Source: a virus
Lineage: Duplodnaviria; Heunggongvirae; Uroviricota; Caudoviricetes
Direction: 5' to 3' (one strand)
IMG/VR virus record: IMGVR_UViG_2690316184_000007
DNA: 16,468 bases
Part shown: positions 8,320 to 16,468 of the stretch, one piece after another
Position numbering within the stretch: the stretch's first letter is position 1
Layout: every line of letters starts with the position of its first letter
Made by a program: the position numbers and the translations under genes
The notes under the pieces: model-generated
Seen by the model: the letters and a program-made list of their open reading frames with translations, nothing else
What the model was told of the DNA's origin: nothing
The model's database searches: none

Positions 8320-8360
8320 CTTTCCTCCTATGACACCACAAGAAATACTGTACGTATAAC

Positions 8361-8380
8361 CACTGTTTATATTTACAGCA
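8361..8380 (-). promoter_or_regulatory. LexA operator (SOS box) upstream of the small-ORF/DinI-like operon
   Basis: Perfect CTGT-N8-ACAG (CTGTttatatttACAG at 8363-8378) in the AT-rich region ~45 bp upstream of the 8319 start, matching the LexA consensus TACTGTATATATATACAGTA in both half-sites. -35/-10 hexamers could not be placed confidently. Confidence 0.65.
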
Positions 8381-8472
8381 TATAATAATCTTACTGATGT
8401 AAAACGTTTTTTTACGTTCATCAGCCTGATATGCCTGGTATTATTAAGAGCACGAATTGTTAACCCGCGTAA

Positions 8473-10845
8473 TTAATACAGGTTCCGCCATTTATCATCT
8501 TCCTTCAGACGCTGGTTCCGATAGAAGATACGCAGGCCTGCTCCTGATGGAATACTGCCACCGCGAAGGAGCAAATCGACTTCTTTCTCGCTGCCATCAA
8601 ATCCTCTGGACTTCAGTTCATAGACGAGCTGCTGATGCTGATGATCTGTAATTCGCTGTTTGTAGTCTTTACACCTTTTCGGTTTAACCAGGCGCAACCT
8701 TACTGCCAGCTCCCGGCGATCTTTTTTGCTCATACTGTGCAGGTAATCGTGCAACTCCTTGTCATCCATGCGGGTAATGTCCGTTCTGGTGTCCCCATCA
8801 GCTGATTTATCTTTCTCCTGTTGGTTCAAATTTTCAGCAAGGGGACAGTTATTGCCACGAGTCCAAGGGGCGCAAGCGCCCTGGTCGGCTGCCGCCTCCT
8901 GAACATCAACGGCCTTACGAACCATTTTCCACTTCACGGCATGAGTGCAGATCTTGCCCTCTGCAATAGGTGACCAGATGCCATAAATACGAATGCCGTG
9001 ATCGCCATAGGCGGTCGGCTCTTCGTTGATTTCATAAGCGGTTCTGATGAGGTGATATTTGCGGGGAACCAGTACGCCGCCCTGCTTCATGATGTAGGTG
9101 GCAAAACAACCAGCATCAGCAGCAGCCAGGATGGCATCAAGGCGCGGGTTATCCAGTACCCGCGCACCTGCTTTTTTGTCCCCCTGTTGCCTTGCCGCCT
9201 GACCAGCCAGCAATCGCAGTTCACGGTAAGCCTGACGCCCCGGAATGCCAAAGAAGCGGAATTGCTGAACACGATGCAGAGACGCCCAGGCATTAACGTA
9301 TTCAGCATTATCACGCAGGGATTTCCCCGTTTCCTTGCTGATCTCGCCAGCCAGACCACGCCCGTCAATGTTCTTACTGATGTATTTCGCGATGTAGCTT
9401 GTTGGCGTACCTTTGCGCGGGTTAATCAACTCAGACTTAAAGCGCGGCCCAGTGTTATTGCCCAGTTCCTCGCGGTCTTCACGGATGGCAAACTTACGCA
9501 GTAATGCAGTGATGGCGCGGCGGTCTTTTTTGCGCATAAAACACAACAGGTGCCAGTGAACTGTACCGTCATGATGCGGCTCAGCCACCCGCACGCCATA
9601 CCACCGCAATCCGGCTTTGTGCATCGCCTTACGAAATGCAGCAAACATGCCGACCAGATAATCACTGCTTTGTCTTACCGTCGCATTTGTCCAAGTTGGG
9701 TTGGGCCTGCCATTATTTAGCGTGGAATGGAAACGTGACGGACAGGTGATGGTGTAGAAAACGGCGCAGTCACCGCGCATTTCCGCGATAAGCTCCAGGC
9801 CTTTAACACAGGCCATCATCTCATTGCGGCGATGCGCAGGGTTGCTGCTGCTGGCGTTTACCACATCCTCCATGTCCAGCGTGTCGCCGTCTTCGTTCAC
9901 CAGTTCATGAGAACGAAAAAACTCCAGCGACTTACGGCGCTGCTCACGTTTATGCATCACGGCTTCATAGCTGACATAGGGAGATGCTTTTTTGCTGACC
10001 AGGCAGACAGCACGCAACTGCTCTTCCCGCCATTCGCAACGCATCTTCCATAATTTCCGGTACCACCAGTCAGCGCACAACATACGCGCCAGCGAACCCG
10101 GAATGAGTTCATAGGGCACGGGTTTACGGCGGTTTCTTTTCCGGCGGAGTTGCTCAAACGCAGGCGGGATGACATCCAGATGCAGGGTTTCCGCTGCCAC
10201 CTTTTCCCATGTCTTGCGGATTTCTTCTGGCTTAACGTCATCGGTGACATACAAATCGCCACAAGCTGCATCAAGGCACATGCTCATATGCGCAGCTACC
10301 AGGGTGGACAGGCGTTTCACCTGATCCTGACTCATTTCAGGCAGGATCAGCAGGCCGTCCAGCCCTTCATGGCTTGCCATAAAGCGAAAAGAAGTGGATA
10401 GCTGACAGTCGCGTACATGCTCCAGCCGTTCCAGACATGGCTTAATCGTCTCACGCAAATAGCGGGAATAAGCCTTTGGCCTGCCCAGGCTGCTGAAGTA
10501 TTCAATACGTTGCATCAGCGGCTTGCTGATATGGGAAGGCTGGGCATTGACGTCCGCCAGAATGACCATATCTGGATTAAAACGCTGCTGCTCATGCGCC
10601 AGCTTTGCCCGACTAATGAGCTTATCCTGCTCCATTTCGCGCTGGACAGGATCACGGGATTCATTAAAGAAATAACGCTCCCAGACCTGATCACTCAGTG
10701 CCTCGCGGCGCAGCTGTTCCTGCTCGTTATCGGCAGCGTACAGAGCGATCAGGTTTGAAAGCGCAGAAACTGAAGATTGCTCTTCTGTCTCTACGTAAGG
10801 ATTGATTGCTTTTTTCTCAGCATTCCAGGAATAGCTGTAGTTCAT
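8473..10845 (-). CDS. A: P2 gpA-type rolling-circle replication initiator (HUH endonuclease), ~790 aa
   Basis: Contains the HUH motif ([11 protein letters not shown]) and the two-tyrosine active-site motif ([13 protein letters not shown]). Start preferred at the ATG 10843-10845 (MNYSYSWN...), which overlaps the upstream stop as TAATG; the ORF track extends to 10896. Confidence 0.85.
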   Translation of the reverse strand: MNYSYSWNAEKKAINPYVETEEQSSVSALSNLIALYAADNEQEQLRREALSDQVWERYFFNESRDPVQREMEQDKLISRAKLAHEQQRFNPDMVILADVNAQPSHISKPLMQRIEYFSSLGRPKAYSRYLRETIKPCLERLEHVRDCQLSTSFRFMASHEGLDGLLILPEMSQDQVKRLSTLVAAHMSMCLDAACGDLYVTDDVKPEEIRKTWEKVAAETLHLDVIPPAFEQLRRKRNRRKPVPYELIPGSLARMLCADWWYRKLWKMRCEWREEQLRAVCLVSKKASPYVSYEAVMHKREQRRKSLEFFRSHELVNEDGDTLDMEDVVNASSSNPAHRRNEMMACVKGLELIAEMRGDCAVFYTITCPSRFHSTLNNGRPNPTWTNATVRQSSDYLVGMFAAFRKAMHKAGLRWYGVRVAEPHHDGTVHWHLLCFMRKKDRRAITALLRKFAIREDREELGNNTGPRFKSELINPRKGTPTSYIAKYISKNIDGRGLAGEISKETGKSLRDNAEYVNAWASLHRVQQFRFFGIPGRQAYRELRLLAGQAARQQGDKKAGARVLDNPRLDAILAAADAGCFATYIMKQGGVLVPRKYHLIRTAYEINEEPTAYGDHGIRIYGIWSPIAEGKICTHAVKWKMVRKAVDVQEAAADQGACAPWTRGNNCPLAENLNQQEKDKSADGDTRTDITRMDDKELHDYLHSMSKKDRRELAVRLRLVKPKRCKDYKQRITDHQHQQLVYELKSRGFDGSEKEVDLLLRGGSIPSGAGLRIFYRNQRLKEDDKWRNLY

Positions 10846-11675
10846 TACGCAATCTCCAGTTCGAGCTGTGAAGGCTGCAAACCATTCGACAGCCAATCAG
10901 AAACTGAAGGTGGGCGAACAGCTTCAATTGCACCTTTTAAAATTGCGCAACGGTTTTTCAGAATGACAGCTTTCAGCTCCTTTTCCGTCAGATTGCGCGA
11001 ATACTCAGCCTCCTGAATAGCCCGCGTCAGCTCAGGATATTTGCTATTAAATTTGGGGACATTGCAGGCAAGATTTGTACTGTCGGCAGTCGCCAGTGGG
11101 TAATTTCCCAACACACGACCGTCAAGCATGCGCAAACCATGAACAGCTGTTTTGAAATTGTGTCGGCAATAAATTGCTTCAAAAGCGTCCTGCATACGAC
11201 GATGCCAGTGCGCAGTTCTGATAGCCGCATATTCACCAGACGATCCAAAGCAGACACGAGGCCATTCACGACATAGCTCGATAAGCCGATCGATTGACTC
11301 GTGCAGATGCCAGACGGGAGTTGCCTTCCCGTAGAACATTTTCGGAACTTCGTTTATCAGGGCATCATTGTCACGTTCACCTCCGTCCACAACATCAGGA
11401 ATGACAAAAAAAGCGACCTTAGGATGGTGGTAATAGTTCAGGAGCCATTTATAAAAATCACTCCAGTTAATTTTTAGCCCACGCACCCATGCAGAAAATG
11501 CGCCGTTATCAATGCCGACGACCTGAGCGTGCTGAATGGACGCCGCAATCTGATCTGGTCGTACATAGGAGACGAAAGCGCCAGCTCCGCTCACCGCAAT
11601 ACGATGAACGTCGCCAGCACTTCCCCAGACAGGCGTCCCATGGAAATGATGAATTCCGTGGTGCATTTCTTTCAC
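10845..11675 (-). CDS. Conserved prophage early-operon protein of unknown function, 273-276 aa, His-rich N-terminus
   Basis: Long ORF between dam and A, coupled to both (GTG overlapping the dam stop, or ATG at 11664-11666; TAATG with A). No motif I can assign with confidence. Confidence 0.55.
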   Translation of the reverse strand: MKEMHHGIHHFHGTPVWGSAGDVHRIAVSGAGAFVSYVRPDQIAASIQHAQVVGIDNGAFSAWVRGLKINWSDFYKWLLNYYHHPKVAFFVIPDVVDGGERDNDALINEVPKMFYGKATPVWHLHESIDRLIELCREWPRVCFGSSGEYAAIRTAHWHRRMQDAFEAIYCRHNFKTAVHGLRMLDGRVLGNYPLATADSTNLACNVPKFNSKYPELTRAIQEAEYSRNLTEKELKAVILKNRCAILKGAIEAVRPPSVSDWLSNGLQPSQLELEIA

Positions 11676-12526
11676 ACTTGCACCCCGAAAATAACAGTAG
11701 AGTCACGTCCCCTACTAAAATCGGCACTAAACCAATTAGCAGATTTAGTGGCAATCATCTCTGTTGCAAATTTTCCCTCCCCCGCTGCAACGCCGATGCT
11801 GCGTTTCGCCCTGATGTAGTGGTGAGTGAAATTACGATAAAGGGACCGGGTCAAAGACGTGTTACTGTTAGAAACAATGACCGGATGTCCTTCTGATGAC
11901 CGATGTTCAAGAATGGATGCCAGGTGATACTGATCATCTTCAGTGAAACCATCAGTGTGATAGCCGGAAAACGTACCGTCATAAGGCGGATCGCAATACA
12001 CCACATCCCCCACCTTCAACATCGCCAGCGTTTCATCAAAGCTGGCGCAGATAAACGTTGCCCGCTGGGCTTTCTCTGCAAATGCGCGAATTTCTTTTTC
12101 AGGGAAATACGGATTTTTATAATTACCGTAGGGAATGTTGAAATGCCCGCTCTTGTTATAGCGACATAAACCACGGTAACCGTGACGATTGAGATACAGG
12201 AAATATACCGCTTTCATGAAATCAGTAATTTCAGTGGAGTAATTAAACTCCTGCCTTATGTTGTAATAAGCCACCTCCCTGTTTGCTTCCTCAAATAAAA
12301 CTCTGGCACGAGATATAAACGCCTCACAATCAGCAGCAACCTTTTTATAGAGGTTGATTAAATCAGGATTAATATCCGCAACAAGATAGCTGGGATAATC
12401 CGTCTCCATCATCACTGCACAGGAACCCGCGAAAGGTTCAACCAGTCGCGGGCCAGCAGGAAGATGCTTTTTCAGTTCGGACATTATGGCGGTTTTATTT
12501 CCTGCCCATTTCAGGATGGTGCTCAT
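11672..12526 (-). CDS. dam: DNA adenine methyltransferase (Dam-like, D12-class N6-adenine MTase), ~284 aa
   Basis: AdoMet-binding motif ([10 protein letters not shown]) followed by the catalytic DPPY motif ([12 protein letters not shown]), in the order typical of Dam-group enzymes. Start at the internal ATG 12524-12526 ([11 protein letters not shown]...), overlapping the upstream stop as ATGA. Confidence 0.85.
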   Translation of the reverse strand: MSTILKWAGNKTAIMSELKKHLPAGPRLVEPFAGSCAVMMETDYPSYLVADINPDLINLYKKVAADCEAFISRARVLFEEANREVAYYNIRQEFNYSTEITDFMKAVYFLYLNRHGYRGLCRYNKSGHFNIPYGNYKNPYFPEKEIRAFAEKAQRATFICASFDETLAMLKVGDVVYCDPPYDGTFSGYHTDGFTEDDQYHLASILEHRSSEGHPVIVSNSNTSLTRSLYRNFTHHYIRAKRSIGVAAGEGKFATEMIATKSANWFSADFSRGRDSTVIFGVQV

Positions 12527-12750
12527 ACAGCACCTCCGTTGTAATGTTTGCCTTTCAGCTCTGCGATTTCCTGACAGGTAATGCAAAGCTGCACACCCGG
12601 AATGGCACGGCGGCGTGCTGGCGGAATTGGCGCTTCACACTCAACGCAAAGCACGCGGGACACGCCCGGCGTTTTGGCACGGGCAGCACGGATATGGCGT
12701 TGGCGTTCTTCTTCAACGCGCTGCTGTACGAGATCCATTGCATCAGCCAT
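12523..12750 (-). CDS. TraR/DksA-family C4 zinc-finger protein, 75 aa
   Basis: C-terminal CVECEAPIPPARRRAIPGVQLCITCQ: two CxxC pairs spaced as in TraR/DksA-type phage zinc fingers. ATG overlaps the upstream stop (TGATG). Confidence 0.7.
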   Translation of the reverse strand: MADAMDLVQQRVEEERQRHIRAARAKTPGVSRVLCVECEAPIPPARRRAIPGVQLCITCQEIAELKGKHYNGGAV

Positions 12751-12983
12751 CAGTGGATCTCCTGCGCTTCGTTCTGGATTGCTTCAGCAGTCACACGCAG
12801 CAGTTCTGCCGCTTCGACGTGGTTTAGCTGGCGGGAGGTGATATGACACGCCAGGCTATCGAGGCGAGCAGCCATTGCTTCAGCCCTTGCCCGGCGTTCT
12901 TCCAGACGAGCCTCTGTCAGTAAAAGATTAAGACCTGCATCATCCGGTCCGGTTTTGGTCGTGAGGGTTTCAATATTACGCAT
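12750..12983 (-). CDS. Hypothetical early-operon protein, 77 aa
   Basis: ATG at 12981-12983 preceded by AGGAG; stop overlaps the TraR-like start. Predicted helical and acidic; no motif recognised. Confidence 0.45.
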   Translation of the reverse strand: MRNIETLTTKTGPDDAGLNLLLTEARLEERRARAEAMAARLDSLACHITSRQLNHVEAAELLRVTAEAIQNEAQEIH

Positions 12984-13050
12984 AAGCAATTCTCCTGAAT
13001 TTAGATAAAGGGATGCCCGGCGGGTTTACGCCATTAATTTCATTAGTTGG

Positions 13051-13392
13051 TTAATTCGGCATGGTTAGCCGTCTGGGAAATAAGCTCACCACTGCACGAA
13101 AATGATTCATTGCTTTAATCAACTCCCGCTTTTCGTCAGTGGTCAGCTCATTAATGCTGATGCTATGACGTTCAGCTGGAATTTTTGCCATAAAGAATAT
13201 GGCAGCCAGTGCCCGTTTATTTTGTTCATTATTGATATCCCGAGGATCACGCATATCTTTAATAAACCGCTCAAGCTCTGACTCAATATTCAAACCAAAA
13301 ACTTTCGCCCTTAACTCCGCAATATGATTAAGTCCATTCAGGCGTTCACCGGGTCTTAATGGAACAGTCGCCGCAGCGCCTTCAATAGCCAT
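13051..13392 (-). CDS. Hypothetical early-operon protein, 113 aa
   Basis: ATG at 13390-13392 preceded by GGGGGA; in-operon position. No motif recognised. Confidence 0.5.
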   Translation of the reverse strand: MAIEGAAATVPLRPGERLNGLNHIAELRAKVFGLNIESELERFIKDMRDPRDINNEQNKRALAAIFFMAKIPAERHSISINELTTDEKRELIKAMNHFRAVVSLFPRRLTMPN

Positions 13393-13556
13393 TTGTTCCC
13401 CCGTTTTTTCGTAGATAGTTCTGCCAGCAATTCATCTTGTGAACGGCACGGATGCCAGCGTTTACCATCCTCACCCATGATCCAGCCGTGACCGTAGTGC
13501 ATTGCCGGACTTTGTTTTACCAGCAGCGATGCAAATGATGGTTCTTTCGTCAGCAT
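13356..13556 (-). CDS. Hypothetical small protein, 66 aa, in the position 186 uses for fil/dhr
   Basis: ATG at 13554-13556 preceded by GAGGTG, 8 nt after the cII-like stop; its 3' end overlaps the next gene by 37 nt. Functional assignment is by position only. Confidence 0.4.
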   Translation of the reverse strand: MLTKEPSFASLLVKQSPAMHYGHGWIMGEDGKRWHPCRSQDELLAELSTKKRGNKWLLKALRRLFH

Positions 13557-13563
13557 AAGCACC

Positions 13564-14079
13564 TCACAGCAAACCGAATGAAGCACCGAGGCCAGTCACG
13601 GTATCAACTGCACTCGCCATCGCAGGATTAGCCTGTAAACGGGCCTGCAATGAAACAGCAGCCAGCGCCATCAGTCGTGTAACAGAGTTAATGCTGCTGA
13701 TCGCATCACGACGGCCTGCACTGGTTTTTACATCGCCAGAAACCGCACCTGCCGCGACACGCCCTATCTCTGCAGTTGCACTCATGACGTAATGCGGCAG
13801 TTTCTCTTTTGCCACCTCATTAATCGGTACACATGGCAGGCAGTGAATCTGTGCCAGAAAGCCATCTACCAGCGTTGAATCTTCAGTCAGATCGGTAAGC
13901 AACCAGATTTCTGGTGCGGTTAATAAATGAGGTTGAGCTGGGTTCAGCTTGTTCCGCAGAATCTGCACATTCATGCCTGCACGTTCTGCCAGTTGCACTA
14001 GGTTGTGGCGCAATGCGAATGCACGACAGGCTTCATCAAAATGTGGATGTTTGGAAACTTGGTAATCAAACATGGTCAA
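13564..14079 (-). CDS. cII: 186-type CII-like regulatory protein, 171 aa
   Basis: [26 protein letters not shown]... resembles the N-terminus of phage 186 CII as I recall it; size and position (second gene of the rightward early operon) fit. Confidence 0.65.
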   Translation of the reverse strand: MTMFDYQVSKHPHFDEACRAFALRHNLVQLAERAGMNVQILRNKLNPAQPHLLTAPEIWLLTDLTEDSTLVDGFLAQIHCLPCVPINEVAKEKLPHYVMSATAEIGRVAAGAVSGDVKTSAGRRDAISSINSVTRLMALAAVSLQARLQANPAMASAVDTVTGLGASFGLL

Positions 14080-14105
14080 TGCCTCTGATGTATTTCAGAA
14101 TCGAA

Positions 14106-14327
14106 CTAATTAAGGTTTAGATTGCATTCTGAAAGCGCATCAACGGTCATGGCTGCTATGTTGATCATCACTTTTTCACGTTTTTTATCTTTGCGCAGAC
14201 GGTGACGGATAAGGCGTCCGTCAGCCAACATGTCATTGATGGTATCGATGGACAGCCCTGTCAGCTCGCTATAGCGTTCAATAGTCACATGAGGCGTGGT
14301 AAGAGTGATTGAAATGTTAGGTCTCAT
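14106..14327 (-). CDS. apl: Apl/Cox-type small DNA-binding protein (excisionase/transcriptional repressor), 73 aa
   Basis: First gene of the early operon, divergent from cI; helix-turn-helix-like segment [21 protein letters not shown]; basic C-terminal region. Confidence 0.6.
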   Translation of the reverse strand: MRPNISITLTTPHVTIERYSELTGLSIDTINDMLADGRLIRHRLRKDKKREKVMINIAAMTVDALSECNLNLN

Positions 14328-14446
14328 GATGCAACATTCCTCGTTTAATGATGATTAATCAGGACGAATACGGATCGTTTGTATTTTGTGAACACCATAA
14401 ACATACGATCGCACAGTGAAATCGTCAAGATAAAAGTTCACTTGGA
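14328..14446. promoter_or_regulatory. Lysis-lysogeny switch region (divergent promoters/operators between apl and cI)
   Basis: 119-bp gap between divergent starts. Contains inverted hexamers GTGAAC (14388-14393) and GTTCAC (14436-14441), and two GATC sites (14373-14376, 14407-14410) inside direct repeats ATACGGATCG / ATACGATCG. Confidence 0.5.
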
Positions 14447-15022
14447 GTGACCATGAATTTGGAGAAAGGCGGACGAGGCGCTATAGAGCGCATGGTAGAA
14501 GCTTATGGATTCAAAACTCGACAGGCGTTGTGCGATCATTTAGGAATCTCTAAAAGTACACTCGCCACACGCTACATGCGTGACTCATTCCCAGCAGAAT
14601 GGGTAATCCAGTGCGCCCTTGAAACGGGCACCTCGCTTAATTGGCTCACAACCGGACATGGTTCAAAGCAAACTTCAGGTAATACAAATACTATGGAAGT
14701 TGCTAAATATGTATTATCTGATGGTGCCTTGCGTGAAGACGGTTTTTATATTTTTGATAAGGGATTTCTACCCTCTACGTTTAAAAAACCTTTTGTCATC
14801 ACAGATAACAATTCTGAATTTATTTGTGATAAAGAATTTGATGATATACGTGACGGTAAATGGGTAATAAGTATTGATGGCGAAATAACAATCCGCGACA
14901 TTACTCGTTTACCCGGTGGAAGAATCTTCGTTGAAGGTGGAAACAGAGCCTTCGAGTGCAAGATAGAAGATGTTGAAATAATTGGGAAAATTATAAGTTT
15001 AACAATTAAGTACGTTAGGTAA
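14447..15022 (+). CDS. cI: CI-type immunity repressor (186-like), 191 aa
   Basis: N-terminal DNA-binding region (...FKTRQALCDHLGISKSTLATRYMRD...), length close to 186 CI, divergent from apl/cII and followed by int. Confidence 0.8.
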   Translation: MTMNLEKGGRGAIERMVEAYGFKTRQALCDHLGISKSTLATRYMRDSFPAEWVIQCALETGTSLNWLTTGHGSKQTSGNTNTMEVAKYVLSDGALREDGFYIFDKGFLPSTFKKPFVITDNNSEFICDKEFDDIRDGKWVISIDGEITIRDITRLPGGRIFVEGGNRAFECKIEDVEIIGKIISLTIKYVR

Positions 15023-15037
15023 TACCGGGAGGAAACT

Positions 15038-15229
15038 ATGCTTGGTAAGGTATTTTTTGTGGTTTTATCATGCTCTTTGTTATTAAACCCACTAACTACC
15101 TATGCTAAAAATTATCCTTGTTCTGGGAAAAAGGGAGGTGTCTCTCACTGTACCTCCGATGGAAAGTTCGTTTGCAATGATGGAACTATTAGTAAATCAA
15201 AAAAAATCTGTACTAAAAACTCGCGATAA
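15038..15229 (+). CDS. Small secreted Cys-rich, Lys-rich peptide (63-aa precursor, predicted signal peptide)
   Basis: Strong Shine-Dalgarno (GGGAGGAAACT-ATG); N-terminal [23 protein letters not shown] has signal-peptide character; mature ~40-aa part carries 4 Cys. AT-rich; not part of the canonical P2/186 backbone between the repressor and int. Confidence 0.5.
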   Translation: MLGKVFFVVLSCSLLLNPLTTYAKNYPCSGKKGGVSHCTSDGKFVCNDGTISKSKKICTKNSR

Positions 15230-15415
15230 ATTTTGCTTTTATATCTGCGCCTAATATAACAATGAGCCGCAGGCTAACCGCAAAAGTCACATACTCACAT
15301 AGCAAAAAATAGCCAACTTCATTATGGCTTCAGTGAGATGTATGGTCGCAGGATTTCATACATTGACACTGGTTATACATACAGTAAAAATGCTCTCTAT
15401 TGGAGGGCATTTTTT

Positions 15416-16468
15416 ATGGCAGTACGAAAACTCACCACAGGAAAATGGCTTTGCGAATGTTACCCCGCCGGACGTAGTGGGCGTCGTGTGCGTAAACAAT
15501 TCACCACCAAAGGCGAAGCTCTGGCTTTTGAGCGCCATACGATGGAAGAAACCGAAGCAAAGCCCTAGCTGGGAGAATCAGTGGATCGTCGAACACTGAA
15601 AGACGTGGTTGAGCTATGGTTCAAACTACATGGTAAATCTCTAACCGCTGGGCAGCATGTCTATGATAAATTGCTGTTGATGGTTGACGCTCTGGGCAAT
15701 CCCCTTGCAACCGATCTCACCTCTAAAATGTTTGCCCACTATCGAGATAAACGCCTGACAGGTGAGATCTACTTCAGCGAGAAATGGAAGAAAGGAGCAA
15801 GCCCGGTCACCATTAACCTGGAGCAAAGCTATCTAAGTAGTGTTTTTAGCGAACTATCCCGCCTGGGCGAATGGTCGTATCCAAACCCACTGGAGAACAT
15901 GCGAAAATTCACCATCGCAGAAAAAGAGATGGCATGGCTTACCCATGAGCAGATTGTTGAACTGCTGGCTGATTGCAAACGTCAGGACCCAATTCTGGCA
16001 CTGGTAGTCAAGATATGCTTAAGCACAGGCGCACGCTGGCGAGAAGCAATAAACCTTACCCGATCACAGGTGACTAAATACCGAATTACCTTTGTAAGAA
16101 CGAAGGGGAAGAAAAACAGAAGCATCCCTATCAGTAAAGAGCTTTATGAAGAGATCATGGCGCTTGATGGGTTCAATTTCTTCACAGACTGCTATTTTCA
16201 ATTTTTATCCGTGATGGAAAAAACGTCAATCGTGCTCCCTCGCGGTCAACTGACACACGTTCTGCGCCATACGTTTGCGGCGCATTTCATGATGTCGGGT
16301 GGAAATATCCTTGCTTTGCAAAAAATCCTCGGACATCACGATATAAAAATGACTATGCGTTACGCTCATCTGGCACCGGATCATCTGGAAACGGCGCTCC
16401 GTTTCAATCCTCTGGCAACGCTGCCAAGTGGCGACAAAGTGGCGGCAGCGGTTGGCATTACCCCGTAA
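15416..16468 (+). pseudogene. int: P2-type tyrosine integrase interrupted by an in-frame amber codon
   Basis: ATG at 15416 (after GGAGGG) opens MAVRKLTTGKW...RRVRKQFTTKGEALAFERH, matching the P2 Int N-terminal arm-binding region. TAG at 15566-15568 lies in the same frame as the downstream 295-codon ORF, which carries catalytic motifs (LSTGARWRE, HVLRHTFAAHF, MRYAHL). The stop TAA is the last three bases of the window. Confidence 0.8.

Larger units (their letters stand above)
3068..16468. mobile_element. Defective P2/186-family prophage (attR-side boundary inferred near 3.1-3.3 kb; the int-side end lies beyond the window)
   Basis: Contiguous P2-like modules in canonical prophage order and orientation (ogr-D-U-T' ... 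Q'-cos ... A ... cII-apl / cI-int), inserted after the host gene ybjL. Structural genes are deleted and int is interrupted. Confidence 0.85.

Noticed and set aside
8381-8386. Perfect TATAAT hexamer on the plus strand next to the LexA box as a plus-strand promoter
   Set aside because: There is no acceptable -35 at 16-18 bp spacing and no plus-strand gene downstream; the operon it adjoins is on the minus strand.
8998-10758. Plus- and minus-strand ORFs of 73-168 aa embedded in gene A
   Set aside because: They are antisense or out-of-frame relative to the 790-aa replication initiator, which carries clear HUH and Tyr motifs; no independent support.
10845-11675. Calling the 276-aa protein a DpdA-type 7-deazaguanine DNA transglycosylase
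   Set aside because: This was suggested only by context (next to a DNA methylase in a phage). I cannot identify TGT/DpdA motifs by eye and no preQ0-synthesis genes are present, so it is kept as a hypothesis only.
15338-16468. Reading the integrase region as two separate genes (76 aa plus 295 aa)
   Set aside because: Both ORFs are in the same frame, separated by one TAG. The upstream part is the integrase arm-binding N-terminus once the start is moved to 15416, so this is one interrupted gene, not two.
1-16468. CRISPR arrays, IS elements or transposase genes
   Set aside because: No regularly spaced direct repeats and no transposase-like ORF or terminal inverted repeats were seen; the only mobile element is the prophage.

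Overview
This window looks like an Escherichia coli-type chromosomal segment. The first ~3.1 kb carries conserved core genes in the order ybjC (-), grxA (+), ybjM (-), ybjL (+). From ~3.1 kb to the window end it is a defective P2/186-family prophage inserted downstream of ybjL. The prophage keeps the late-gene tail end ogr-D-U plus a 3' remnant of the tape-measure gene T, which is joined head-to-head by a large deletion to a 3' fragment of the portal gene Q, so nearly all structural genes are missing. It also keeps a cos-like site, a LexA-box-controlled small-ORF/DinI-like (tum-like) operon, and a 186-like early operon of translationally coupled genes (apl/cox-like, cII-like, three small ORFs, TraR/DksA-like zinc finger, Dam methylase, an unassigned 276-aa protein, replication initiator A). 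A CI-type repressor, a small secreted Cys-rich peptide and a P2-type integrase interrupted by one in-frame amber codon complete it. The most interesting element is an AT-rich, terminator-flanked two-gene operon between the portal remnant and cos: a 2-TM membrane protein translationally coupled to a ThsB-like TIR-domain protein. I read this as a candidate Thoeris-like anti-phage system whose membrane partner matches neither known ThsA architecture. All calls rest on reading the supplied ORF translations and sequence by eye; no database search was run.
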